NCBI GenBank assembly: GCA_040767195.1
Contig: JAXGPA010000002.1
Location: forward strand, 64,001 to 128,000
Source of the DNA: Syntrophales bacterium
Lineage (GTDB): Bacteria; Desulfobacterota; Syntrophia; Syntrophales; UBA6807
Direction of reading: 5' to 3'
Length of the DNA stretch: 64,000 nucleotides
In this document: in pieces, positions 39,307-49,275 of the stretch
Numbering within the stretch: the first letter of the stretch is position 1
How the letters are laid out: each line of letters opens with the position of its first letter
Notes under the pieces: generated by a model
What the model saw: the letters and a program-made list of their open reading frames with translations, nothing else
Told to the model about the DNA's origin: nothing
Database searches by the model: none
Position numbers and translations under genes: made by a program

Positions 39307-39447
39307 GCGCGGTTCCCTCCTTTTTGGACGCGTCATTCAAAAGTCGTCTCCCCCGTGGGGTTTTCGGCGGGAACGTCCCTCGGGGACCTGTTCCCGCCGG
39401 AAGCCCCGGGCCAGAGGAGGCCCGAAAAAAAGCCTTCACATATCCGG

Positions 39448-40590
39448 CTACTTCGACTGGAGAACCCTCCCGATGGTGAGGATCTCCGCCTCTTTCGTCC
39501 CCTCGTAAAGTTCCAGGATCTTGGCGTCCCGGTACCACTTCTGGACGTCGTACTCGTCGATGTACCCGTATCCTCCGTGGAGTTCCACGGCGTTGTTGGC
39601 ACAGAAGACCGCCGTCTGGCCGCTGTAGAATTTCGCCATGGCGGCCAGGTGGTAGTCCGGGCGGCCCGCGTCGATGAGCCACGCCGACTTGTACACGAGA
39701 CCCCGGAGTGCCTCGATCATGATGGCCATCTCGCTGAGCTTCTTCGCCGAAAGCTGGAAGGTCCCCAGCGGCGCGCCGAAGGCCGTCCGCTCCTTGCAGT
39801 ACTTGATCGACGTCTCCAGGCACGCCTCGGACAGGCCCAGCCCCTGGGCGGCCACCATGACCCGGGTCGTGTCGAAAAAGTGCATGAGTTGGATGAAACC
39901 CCGGCCCTCTTTCCCCACCAGGTTCGACTGGGGCACCCGGACGTCCTCGAAGGCGATCTCCGCCGTGTCGCTCGACCGGATCCCCATCTTCCCCCGGATC
40001 TTGTTCCGGGTGATCCCCGGCGTGTCCGCCGGCACGATGATCAGACTGAAACTGCTGTGCTTCTTCTGGTCCGGGTTCGTGATGCACTGGGCCACCATGA
40101 AGTCGCACACCGTCCCGTTGGTGATGAACATCTTGTTGCCCGTGATGACGTAATCGTCCCCGTCTTTCACCGCCTTCGTCCGGTAACCCGCCACGTCCGT
40201 TCCCGCGTTGGGCTCCGTGAAGGCCCCGGCGCTCACCCACTCGCCGCGGCATACCGGCGGCAGGTACTTTTTCTTCTGATCTTCCGACCCGTACTGGAAA
40301 ATGGACTCGCAGCCGAAACAAGCCGCCACGACGTTGAGGCCGATCCCCATATCCACTTTGGACAGTTCCTCGGTGATAATGGCGTTCCCCAGGATCCCGA
40401 CGCCGGCCCCGCCGTACTCCTCGGGAATCCAGGCCCCCACAAGACCGTTTTCCGCCGCCTTCTTCCGGATCTCCGGCGTGTACTTCTCGTGCTCGTCGCA
40501 TTCCTTCGACAGGGGCGGAAATTCCGTCGAGGCGAACTTGTACGACATGTCCTTCAGCATCCTCATTTCTTCCGTCAGCTCATAATCCAT
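39448..40590 (-). CDS. Acyl-CoA dehydrogenase
   Basis: FTEPNAGTD, GNKMFITNG, KMGIRSSDT, HGGYGY, YRDAKILELYEGT. Confidence 0.94.
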   Translation of the reverse strand: MDYELTEEMRMLKDMSYKFASTEFPPLSKECDEHEKYTPEIRKKAAENGLVGAWIPEEYGGAGVGILGNAIITEELSKVDMGIGLNVVAACFGCESIFQYGSEDQKKKYLPPVCRGEWVSAGAFTEPNAGTDVAGYRTKAVKDGDDYVITGNKMFITNGTVCDFMVAQCITNPDQKKHSSFSLIIVPADTPGITRNKIRGKMGIRSSDTAEIAFEDVRVPQSNLVGKEGRGFIQLMHFFDTTRVMVAAQGLGLSEACLETSIKYCKERTAFGAPLGTFQLSAKKLSEMAIMIEALRGLVYKSAWLIDAGRPDYHLAAMAKFYSGQTAVFCANNAVELHGGYGYIDEYDVQKWYRDAKILELYEGTKEAEILTIGRVLQSK

Positions 40591-40662
40591 GATTTTCCTC
40601 CTTTTCGGTTAAAGCACCGGACGTCCGCCGGCGCGTCGACAGGAAAAGCCGTCTTGTCCTGA

Positions 40663-41520
40663 TTATTTCTTCGTGTAGTCGTAGACCCCCTTGCCGGTCT
40701 TCCGCCCGTAACGACCGGCCCGGACCAGCTGAACCAGGAGGGGCGCCGGGCGGTACTTGTCCCCCAGTTCCCGGTGAAGGCCGTTCACCACGTGGAGAAG
40801 GGTCTCCAGGCCCACCAGGTCGGACAGCGCCAGTGGCCCGATGGGATGATTGCACCCCAGGACCATCCCCTTGTCGATGTCCTCGGGGGTGGCGATCCCC
40901 TCGCCCAGGGCGAAAAACGCCTCGTTCAGCATGACGCAGAGAATCCGGTTCACCGCGAAGGCCGGGGCCTCCTTCACCACGATCATGTCCTTCCCGATTT
41001 TCTTCCCCCAGGCCTTGGCGATTTCCAGGGTTTCATCGGATGTCTCATATCCCCGGATGATCTCCAGGAGCCTCATCACCGGCACGGGATTGAAGAAATG
41101 GGTCCCGATGAACCGCTCCGGGCGCTTCGTCATCGCCGCGATCTCCGTGATGCTGAGCCCCGACGTGTTCGTGAAGAACAGGCAGTGGTCCGGAACGATC
41201 GTCTCGAGTTCCTGGAACACCTTCTTTTTCACGTCCATGACCTCGATGATCACTTCCACCACCACGTCCACCCCCGTGGCGGCCTCTTTCAGGTCCACGC
41301 ACGGCTTGATCCGTCCCAGGATCGCCTCCATTTCCTCCTTGGTCCGTTTCCCCTTCTCCACATCCCGGGACAGGTTCTTCCGAATCGTATTCATCCCGCC
41401 GTCCACGAACCGCTGCTCGATGTCCCGCATCCGGACCTCGTATCCCGCCTGGGCGCAGACCTGGGTGATCCCGCTTCCCATGAGCCCCGCTCCCAACACG
41501 CAGATTTTCTGAATTTCCAT
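40663..41520 (-). CDS. hbd: 3-hydroxybutyryl-CoA dehydrogenase
   Basis: [39 protein letters not shown]. Confidence 0.9.
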   Translation of the reverse strand: MEIQKICVLGAGLMGSGITQVCAQAGYEVRMRDIEQRFVDGGMNTIRKNLSRDVEKGKRTKEEMEAILGRIKPCVDLKEAATGVDVVVEVIIEVMDVKKKVFQELETIVPDHCLFFTNTSGLSITEIAAMTKRPERFIGTHFFNPVPVMRLLEIIRGYETSDETLEIAKAWGKKIGKDMIVVKEAPAFAVNRILCVMLNEAFFALGEGIATPEDIDKGMVLGCNHPIGPLALSDLVGLETLLHVVNGLHRELGDKYRPAPLLVQLVRAGRYGRKTGKGVYDYTKK

Positions 41521-41569
41521 GTGCCGCCTCCTTTTGTGGTTTATTTATCCTTCATAATCGGGATTGCTT

Positions 41570-42937
41570 TCAATTTCCACTAAAAAACCACTGCTTATTC
41601 AGCCAGTGCATTTTCTTCGCTTCCTCGACGAGTTCGTCCCGGAAATCGGGATGGGCCAGGTTCACGATGGCCAGGACCCTCTCGGGAATGGAAAGGCCCT
41701 TCAGGTAGGCCACGCCGTATTCGGTGACGAGATAGGACACGTCCACCCGGGGGACCGTGACGATCTCGCCGGGGGGGATGGTGGGCTTGATCCGGGATTT
41801 CAGGTTCCCCTGGCTGTCCCGGTAGGTGGCGTGGAAAGCCAGGATGGACTTGTTTCCCGGGTATCCCATGGGAGGCTGGCCCTTCGTGGTCCGGTAATAG
41901 GCTCCCCGGACGAAGGCGAGCTGCCCGCCCGTCCCGGAGTACTGGGCCGGGCCGATGGACTCGGAGCTCACCTGCCCCTGGAGATCCACCCCCAGGCAGG
42001 CGTTGATGGAGACGAGATTCCGGTTGAGGGAAATGATGTTGGGGTCGTTGGTGAACTCGACGGGATACATGGCCAGCGCCGGATTGTGATCGAGCCAGTC
42101 GTAGAGCTTCCGGCTGCCGATGGCGAAGGCCCAGACGATCTTTTCGGGGATGAAGGTCTTTTTCTTTCCCGTGATGAGGCCCGCCTCGTGGAGCTCCACC
42201 ATGGCCTCCGTCACCATTTCCGTGTGGATCCCGATGTCCTTCGCCCCGCTGTCGGCGAGAAGCCGCAGGACCGTGTCGGGAAGGCCGCCGATGCCGATCT
42301 GGAGGCAGGGCCCGTCCTTGGGAATGAGATCGGCGATGTACTGCGCGATGACCTTGTCCGTCTCCGACGCCCCCGGTGACGGGATGGCGATCATCCTGTC
42401 CGTCGTGTTCTCGATGACGTAATCCACGTCGGACAGGTGGATGCACTCATCGTAACCCCCATAGCACCAGGGCATGTCCTCGATGACCTCGACGACCTTG
42501 ACCTTCGCCTTGTCGAAAACGGCTTTCTTGAAGTTGCAAAGAGGCCCGAAATTGAAATACCCGTGCCTGTTCATGGGGGTCACCGTCTGAACAGCCACGT
42601 CCACATCGATGTCTTCCCGGTAGTAACGGGCGGTCTCCCCGAAATTATAGGGATTGTGGGTGCCCCGGTTCTCCGCCAGGTATTTCCTGGTCAGTCCCAG
42701 GATGTGCCAGTTTCCAACCCAGAAGGCCTTCCCTTCCGAATCCTTTTCCATGATCTCGAACGGTGCCAGGTGACCGAGCGTGCGCACCTTGACCCCCTTC
42801 AGCTCCCCGGCCCGCGCCGCCAGCGCCCGGTCGAACGCCCGGGGCGGCTGAATGGTCCCGTAATCGACCCACATGCCGTTTCCGACCAGGGCCGCCACCT
42901 GTTCCGCCGTCGCCGATTTACCGCCATACTTCGACAT
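41570..42937 (-). CDS. Acetyl-CoA hydrolase/transferase family CoA-transferase (butyrate/4-hydroxybutyrate type)
   Basis: LQIGIGGLP, GIHTEM, SGTGGQLAFVRGA, VTEYG, AHPDFRDEL; AGGAGG before ATG 42937. Confidence 0.9.
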   Translation of the reverse strand: MSKYGGKSATAEQVAALVGNGMWVDYGTIQPPRAFDRALAARAGELKGVKVRTLGHLAPFEIMEKDSEGKAFWVGNWHILGLTRKYLAENRGTHNPYNFGETARYYREDIDVDVAVQTVTPMNRHGYFNFGPLCNFKKAVFDKAKVKVVEVIEDMPWCYGGYDECIHLSDVDYVIENTTDRMIAIPSPGASETDKVIAQYIADLIPKDGPCLQIGIGGLPDTVLRLLADSGAKDIGIHTEMVTEAMVELHEAGLITGKKKTFIPEKIVWAFAIGSRKLYDWLDHNPALAMYPVEFTNDPNIISLNRNLVSINACLGVDLQGQVSSESIGPAQYSGTGGQLAFVRGAYYRTTKGQPPMGYPGNKSILAFHATYRDSQGNLKSRIKPTIPPGEIVTVPRVDVSYLVTEYGVAYLKGLSIPERVLAIVNLAHPDFRDELVEEAKKMHWLNKQWFFSGN

Positions 42938-43188
42938 CCATGAACCTCCTTGTTTTATTCCACCGCGCCCTCGGAGAATCGCCCCCGGCGGGATGGATAC
43001 ATCTTCCCCGGTTTTTCCGCTTTCACACGGCTTCACCGGAACGGACTTCCTGAAAAGGAACCCCGGTGCCCCGGACACGGGAATGTCTTCAGGTACCCCC
43101 ATTTTTTTCAGACAAGGTTATTTAGAAAGGTCGGGCGGGCAAGGCAATATGAAAAGAATATTTATAAAACCTTTATTATTTATAAAGG

Positions 43189-44793
43189 CTATCGAAGGGA
43201 GAGGAGATGAACCCGAAGGTTGGATTTCTTCCGGTTCAACCCCATTTTCTTCCGGATGTGGTGGCGGTGGATTTCCACGGTGGCCGGGGAAACGTGGAGG
43301 AACGCGGCGATATCCTTGGTGGTTTTTCCCTCCCGGATGAGATCGGCGATCCGGAATTCCGTGGGGGTCAGGTTCAGTTCCCGGGAGGACATTTTTCGGG
43401 CGTAAGGCGCCACGATGTCCCGGAGATGGGACTCGAGGATGGACAGGCAGGTCGCATCGGTCCCCTCGAGGGAGCCTTTCTTCAATCTCTCCACGTAAGG
43501 CATGACCAGCTTTTCCACGTTCGAGAGGATCTTCTCCTCCAGTTCCACCTTGTCCTCCTCCCGCCGTTTCAGGAGGACCCTCAGGGCAGCGTTCACCTCC
43601 TCCAGTTCGTGTGTCTTTTCCTCCAGTTCCCGCTCCCGCCTTTTGAGGATTTCCTCCGCCTTTTTCCGTTCCGAGATGTCGGCGAAGGAGGCCACGCTCC
43701 TTTTCGTCCCCGGAATCATGGATATGGTGATGATCACCTCCCGGACGTTCCCTTCCCGGTCCACGAGGCTGAACTCGTAATTCCGGGGAGCCGACCGGGG
43801 ATCGACCCGCCGGCGGCGATGGTAGTCGAGCATTCTCTCCATGTCCTTCTCGTGGACGAACTCGGTCCAGCTCCGCTTCCCCTCCCAGTAAGACTTGGGC
43901 GCCCCCGACAGCTTCTCGAACTCGCTGTTCACCAGGGTCACCGTCGTGTCTTCCTCCACGATGATCGTCGCCGTCCCCGTGGTCTCGAAAATCGTCCGGT
44001 ACCGGTCCTCCGATTCCCGAAGCTTCTCCTCCGCCTTGCGCCTCTCCGAGATGTCGGCGAAGGAGGCCACGCTCCTTTTCGTCCCCGGAATCATGGAAAT
44101 GGTGATGATCACCTCCCGGACGTTCCCCTCCCGGTCCACGAGGCTGAACTCGTAATTCCGGGGCACCCCCTCGGGATCGACCCGCCGGCGGCGGTGGTAA
44201 TCCAGCATCATCTGAACATCCTTTTCGTGGACGAACTCGGTCCAGCGCCGCTTCCCCTCCCAGTATGACTTGGGCGCCCCCGACAGCTTCTCGAACTCGC
44301 TGTTCACCAGGGTCACCGTCGTGTCCTCCTCCACGATGATCGTCGCCGTCCCCGTGGTCTCGAAAATCGTCCGGTACCGGTCCTCCGATTCCCGAAGCTT
44401 CTCCTCCGCCTTCATCCGGTCGGTGATGTCCATGGAGCTCCCGAGAAGGGCGGGCCGCCCCTGGTAGGAGAGAGGGGTCACCGTTTCCATGATCCACCGG
44501 ACCCGGCCCTGCTTCGTCACGATCCGGAAGACATAGGGAGACGTCCTCTGCCCCCGGAGCATGTCCCGGGCATTCGTCTTGACCCGGACCCGGTCTTCGG
44601 GGTGAACCACGCTGTCCGCCTTGATCCCGAGAAGCTCGTCCATTTCATATCCGGCGTAGGTGGCCGCCTTTTCGTTCACGAATCGGAATTTTCCGTCCTG
44701 GACCAGGTAAATCCCGGCGAAGGATTTTTCCGTGAGGGTCTTAAGCATCTGTTCCCTTTCCCGGTCCTGCTTTTCTTTCTTTTCTCCCATCAT
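43189..44793 (-). CDS. Triple-PAS, LuxR-HTH transcriptional regulator
   Basis: Three PAS/PAC units, coiled coil, LTPTEFRIADLIREGKTTKDIA..TVEIHRHHIRKKMGL; start uncertain (44790-44841). Confidence 0.9.
   Translation of the reverse strand: MMGEKKEKQDREREQMLKTLTEKSFAGIYLVQDGKFRFVNEKAATYAGYEMDELLGIKADSVVHPEDRVRVKTNARDMLRGQRTSPYVFRIVTKQGRVRWIMETVTPLSYQGRPALLGSSMDITDRMKAEEKLRESEDRYRTIFETTGTATIIVEEDTTVTLVNSEFEKLSGAPKSYWEGKRRWTEFVHEKDVQMMLDYHRRRRVDPEGVPRNYEFSLVDREGNVREVIITISMIPGTKRSVASFADISERRKAEEKLRESEDRYRTIFETTGTATIIVEEDTTVTLVNSEFEKLSGAPKSYWEGKRSWTEFVHEKDMERMLDYHRRRRVDPRSAPRNYEFSLVDREGNVREVIITISMIPGTKRSVASFADISERKKAEEILKRRERELEEKTHELEEVNAALRVLLKRREEDKVELEEKILSNVEKLVMPYVERLKKGSLEGTDATCLSILESHLRDIVAPYARKMSSRELNLTPTEFRIADLIREGKTTKDIAAFLHVSPATVEIHRHHIRKKMGLNRKKSNLRVHLLSLR
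43663..44412. repeat. Near-identical 375-bp tandem duplication of a PAS domain
   Basis: Exact 375-nt offset (43671/44046; 44037/44412). Confidence 0.93.
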
Positions 44794-44936
44794 TTTCGAG
44801 ATCCCCGTTATCTTTTTAACCTTGCCAGAAACCGTAAACATTCATATCACAGAAACGAGGACCGATAAAACGCCCCCGAAAAAATGGACATGGAAACGGA
44901 AACATTATATGTGACACATTAAAAACTGAGTCGGGC

Positions 44937-46961
44937 ATGGCGGTCGTTCTTCTCATACTGGGCTTTTTTGCTGTTGCGGTTACGCTTGACTTCGCCGACG
45001 GACCGGAACGCCGGTTGCCGTTCATCCGTCACCGTATGATGGAATGCGCTCTCACCTTTTCGCTCCTTGCCTACGGGATCACAGAAGGGCTCTCTCTTTT
45101 CCATTGGATCTCTTTCTCAGGGGTCTTCGTCTCCTGGTTCTTGGTATTTCTTTTCGGCCTTTTCCTTTTCCTCGCAGGAAGAGGGAAAAGAAGAGCCATC
45201 GAAATCCGCGACCGGATGCCTCGAAAGTTGTCACGTCTCGAAATCGCCTTGATTATTGCCATGGTATTTATTCTCCTGGCGACCCTCGTAACAGCTCTCA
45301 TGTATCCGCCGAACAACTGGGACTCCATGACCTATCACCTCTCCAGAGTGGCCAACTGGATGGAGCACCAAAGCATCCGCTTTTATCCGACCTCCAATCC
45401 ACGCCAGATCGTGTATCAGCCCATGGCTGAATTTCTGATTCTTCACACCATGGTTCTCTCCGCATCCGACTTCTTCGCGAACGGCGTCCAGTGGACCGCA
45501 TTTCTTCTGTCAATACTCGGCATCTCCCTGATCGCTGAAGAACTAGGGGCAAACCGGAAAACCCAGATCGTCACCGCAGCCATCGGTGCCACATTGCCCA
45601 TGGCCATCCTTCAGGCATCGAGCACGCAAAATGACCTCGTTGCAACGCTCTATATCGTGGCCTTCTCATATTTCATCCTGAGGCTCCGCAAGGAAGACAC
45701 GCTTAGGAACATCTTTTTCGCCGGCACGGCCCTCGGTTTGGCGATGCTGACGAAAGGATACGCCTATGTTTTTTGCTTGCCTGTTTTCATGCTGTACGTC
45801 GTCAGAAACCTGAGATTCCCCTGGCTTCTCGCTCGAACGGTCCTGGTATTTTCCTGCCTCGTCGTTGTTCTCAATGGGGCACACTATGTAAGAAATACAG
45901 TTGTTTACGGCCATCCTCTCGGCGACGCTCCCCGGAATCATTCGAACGAGGTTCTGTCCTGGAAAACAGTTGTTTCAAACATGACCCGGGACATCGCCTG
46001 GCACCTTTCATCCCCGTCCACGACAATGAACGACGCCTTGTTCACGTCCGTCGATAAAATCCATCGGATGATGGGCCTCGACATTAACGATACAAAAATG
46101 ACCTGGAAAGGAACAAACTTCACCCTCCCTCCCTCTTTTTGTCCTCATGAAGACATGGCACAGAATTTCACCACCACGGTCCTACTCCTCTTTTCCATCC
46201 CCTTTTTCTTCCTGGCATTCAAAAGAGGCCCGGAAAAAATGGAGATTGCGGCCTATCTTCTTGCCGTCGTCTTCTCTTATGTCCTTTTCTCCCTTATGCT
46301 GAAATGGATGCCGTGGAATTCAAGGCTTCACACCCCCGTCTTCTTTCTTCTCGCGCCCTTTCTGGCTCTGGCCTGGTCCCAGTATGGGAAAATTCTATCG
46401 CCGATTCTGGCCGGCCTCTTGCTCTTTTCCCTGCCCTTTCTTTTTCTCAATCTCTCCCGGCCCCTGATTCATCCGCCGGACAGATTCATAGACGGCCTGC
46501 CCTTTGCCGAAAGGCTCAAACCTCGTTTTCACCTGGCCGAAGGGGGGCGGACGGATCGCAGGTTCATCAATTTCCCCGAACTGAGAGAGCCATACCTGGA
46601 CGTCATCGGATACGTCAAGGATCGGGGTTTCGAAAAAGTGGGTCTTCTCCTGTCCGGAGACGACTGGGATTACCCCATTCTCTACCTTCTTCGGAAAGAA
46701 AAGACTCCGCAAAGGATATTCCGCTACGTCAACGTCACGAATCCCTCTTCAAGCATCGCTTCGGAAAACTGGCCGCCGGACTGCATCATCAGGACTCAAG
46801 AGGGCCGGGAAACAGTGATGGTTTCCGGGAACCCCTACCGGATGACCCGATCCTCTGGAATGGTATCCGTGCTCGAACCATCGTCAGGTGTCGCTTCTCT
46901 TTCACGAATACGCAAAGAAACACCGAATCTTCATAAGAAAGATGGAAACCAAAAAGGATAG
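44937..46961 (+). CDS. Multi-TM GT-C-type glycosyltransferase (ArnT/PMT-like)
   Basis: PPNNWDSMTYHL, QASSTQND, LAMLTKG; many TM segments. Confidence 0.72.
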   Translation: MAVVLLILGFFAVAVTLDFADGPERRLPFIRHRMMECALTFSLLAYGITEGLSLFHWISFSGVFVSWFLVFLFGLFLFLAGRGKRRAIEIRDRMPRKLSRLEIALIIAMVFILLATLVTALMYPPNNWDSMTYHLSRVANWMEHQSIRFYPTSNPRQIVYQPMAEFLILHTMVLSASDFFANGVQWTAFLLSILGISLIAEELGANRKTQIVTAAIGATLPMAILQASSTQNDLVATLYIVAFSYFILRLRKEDTLRNIFFAGTALGLAMLTKGYAYVFCLPVFMLYVVRNLRFPWLLARTVLVFSCLVVVLNGAHYVRNTVVYGHPLGDAPRNHSNEVLSWKTVVSNMTRDIAWHLSSPSTTMNDALFTSVDKIHRMMGLDINDTKMTWKGTNFTLPPSFCPHEDMAQNFTTTVLLLFSIPFFFLAFKRGPEKMEIAAYLLAVVFSYVLFSLMLKWMPWNSRLHTPVFFLLAPFLALAWSQYGKILSPILAGLLLFSLPFLFLNLSRPLIHPPDRFIDGLPFAERLKPRFHLAEGGRTDRRFINFPELREPYLDVIGYVKDRGFEKVGLLLSGDDWDYPILYLLRKEKTPQRIFRYVNVTNPSSSIASENWPPDCIIRTQEGRETVMVSGNPYRMTRSSGMVSVLEPSSGVASLSRIRKETPNLHKKDGNQKG

Positions 46962-47379
46962 TGGTCCCGTTCTCTCCGCAGGAATCGTCATTGCCCGGAA
47001 AGAGAGGGAGGGCTGGAAGTTTCTCGTCCTTCGGGCCTATCGAAACTGGGACTTCCCCAAGGGTGTCGTGGAGGGGGAAGAAGATCCCCGGGAAGCGGCC
47101 GTCCGGGAGGTGCGCGAGGAAACGGGTATCACGGACCTCGTTTTTCCCTGGGGATTCGACTTCCGGGAGACGGCCCCCTATGCCGGCCGGGGGTGGAAGA
47201 TCGCCCGGTATTACCTGGCCGAAACCCGGGAAGAAAAGGTCGTCTTTTCCACAAACCCCGAGATCGGGAAACCGGAACATCACGAATACCGGTGGGTTGG
47301 CCGGGACGAGATGAAAGACCTCCTTCCGGAGCGGCTCGGCCCCATCCTGGAATGGGTCAGCGACCGGGTGGGGACATGA
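46942..47379 (+). CDS. NUDIX hydrolase (Ap4A hydrolase-like)
   Basis: SAGIV, WDFPKGVVEGEEDPREAAVREVREETG, EHHEYRW. Confidence 0.9.
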   Translation: METKKDSGPVLSAGIVIARKEREGWKFLVLRAYRNWDFPKGVVEGEEDPREAAVREVREETGITDLVFPWGFDFRETAPYAGRGWKIARYYLAETREEKVVFSTNPEIGKPEHHEYRWVGRDEMKDLLPERLGPILEWVSDRVGT

Positions 47380-47394
47380 CGGGACCGCAGAGGG

Positions 47395-49038
47395 CTAAGG
47401 CTTCAGGACGTATCGCTGCTCGCCGGCGGGCACGTACCATCGGATGAGATTGTGACCGATCCCGATGGGCGCCGGCTCGATGCCGCGGAAGCGGCTGCTC
47501 ACAATGGGAAGGGCGTCAGGCACGTACAGAAAGGTGTAAGGCTGGTCCTCCGCCAGGATCTCCTGAAACCGGTCGTAGTACTTCTTCCGCTCCCCCTGGT
47601 CAAAGGTGCTTCTCCCCTTTTCCAGGAGACCGTCCACCTCGGGATTCCCGTAGGAAATGAAGTTCAGTTCCCCCGGTTTCGTCTTGCTCGAGTGCCAGAC
47701 GTCATACGGATCGGGGTCCATGGTGATGGTCCAGCCCAGTATGGTGGCGTCGAACCTGCCCTTGTTGATGAAATCGTTGATGAAAGCCGCCCACTCGATA
47801 ACCCGGATCTTTACCTCCATGCCCAGGTCCGCCAGCCGGCGCTGGATGATCTCGGCGCACTTGGCCCGGACCTCGTTGCCCTGGTTGGTGACGATCTCGA
47901 AAGTGAAGGGCCTTCCGTCCCGGTCGATCCTCCCATCCCCGTCCGTGTCCCGCCACCCCGCTTCGGAAAGAAGAAGCCGGGCTTTCCCGGGATCGTACGG
48001 GTAGAGCCGGACATGGGGGTTGTAGGCCCAGGTCCCGGGCTTGAAGGGCCCTGTGGCCGCCTGCCCCAGGCCGAGAAGGACCCCTTCGATGATCTCCTCC
48101 TTGTTCACGGCGTAAGAAATCGCCTGCCGGACCCGTCGATCCTGGAAAAGGGGGTTTTGCAGGTTATACCCGAGATAGGTGTATGAAAAAGACAGGTATC
48201 TGTATTTGTTGTATTTCTTCTTAAACAGGGCGTTTTCCGTCTGCCTCGTGTACTGAAGGGGGGTCAGGTTCATCTGGTCGATTCCCCCCGCCCGGAGTTC
48301 GAGAAACATGGTCGACATATCGGGAATGACCCGCATGATGTATCCGTCAATGTAAGGCCTTCCCTCGAAATAGTCGGGGTTGTAAGCCAGGACGATTTTC
48401 TCTCCCGTGACCCATTCCCGGAAACGGAACGGACCTGTCCCGACGGGGTGCCTCGTCAAGGGGGATTTCGTGATGTCCCGGCCTTCCAGGAGATGGCGGG
48501 GGAGAATCGCCGCCCCCCAGCTCGCCAGAGCCGGCGCGAAGGGTTTTTCATAGAAAACCCGGAACGTGTGGGAATCGGGAACCTCCGCTTTTTTCACCAT
48601 CAGAAAATCGCCCGAATAGGCCGTCGGCGTGTTCGGGTCTATGGTGACCCGGTAGGTGTAAAGAACGTCGTGGGCCGTAAAGGGCTCCCCGTCATGCCAG
48701 CGGACACCTTTCCGGAGATGAAAGGTGATGACGAGGCCGTCCGGTGAGATGTCCCAGGACTCGGCGAGGTCTCCCGTGAGGTTCAGGTTTTTGTCATACT
48801 TGACGAGGCCGTTGAAGACGAGCCCCGATATCCCGTGAGAGGCCGAATCGCTGGAAAGGATGGGGATCAGGTTGGAAGCGTCCCCGATGGATCCTTCGAT
48901 GAGGAGATCCCCGCGGGCGGGGACGGCCGGCGATGCCGCTTGCGGCGTCCCGTCCTTTTCAGAGGACTCCCCCTGGCAGCCGCAAAGACAGACAAAAACG
49001 AGCGCTCCTGCGAAGAGGCGCCTGAACGGTTTCTTCAT
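47395..49038 (-). CDS. Peptide ABC substrate-binding lipoprotein (family 5)
   Basis: LCGC lipobox, GDLAESW, FHLRKGVRWHDGEPFTAHDV, PVGTGPF, VRQAISYA. Confidence 0.92.
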   Translation of the reverse strand: MKKPFRRLFAGALVFVCLCGCQGESSEKDGTPQAASPAVPARGDLLIEGSIGDASNLIPILSSDSASHGISGLVFNGLVKYDKNLNLTGDLAESWDISPDGLVITFHLRKGVRWHDGEPFTAHDVLYTYRVTIDPNTPTAYSGDFLMVKKAEVPDSHTFRVFYEKPFAPALASWGAAILPRHLLEGRDITKSPLTRHPVGTGPFRFREWVTGEKIVLAYNPDYFEGRPYIDGYIMRVIPDMSTMFLELRAGGIDQMNLTPLQYTRQTENALFKKKYNKYRYLSFSYTYLGYNLQNPLFQDRRVRQAISYAVNKEEIIEGVLLGLGQAATGPFKPGTWAYNPHVRLYPYDPGKARLLLSEAGWRDTDGDGRIDRDGRPFTFEIVTNQGNEVRAKCAEIIQRRLADLGMEVKIRVIEWAAFINDFINKGRFDATILGWTITMDPDPYDVWHSSKTKPGELNFISYGNPEVDGLLEKGRSTFDQGERKKYYDRFQEILAEDQPYTFLYVPDALPIVSSRFRGIEPAPIGIGHNLIRWYVPAGEQRYVLKP

Positions 49039-49275
49039 CGGAACGGGAACCCCGGGACGTTATTTTCCGGGGCGATACCCGGAAACACACAGGATTTATA
49101 CCACAGATCCCGGTGGATTTCTCCTTTTCCTTGCAAGGAGATGCGTCTTCGAGGTATCGTTCGCGGGAAAAGGAACCGGGGCGAAGGAAACGGCCCGGAC
49201 GAAACGTTCCGGGTCCGCGGCCGGGGCCCGGACCTGGGCGTCACCCCCGAAAAAGGAGACACGGACGGCCCTTCC

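Noticed and set aside
46942..47379. NUDIX as the ADT hydrolase for Thi4
   Set aside because: Looks like a generic Ap4A hydrolase and lies over 25 kb from the thi operon; no linking evidence
48835..49275. N-terminal extension of the oxidoreductase in the ORF track
   Set aside because: Overlaps the divergent binding-protein gene; the conserved domain starts just after ATG 49276
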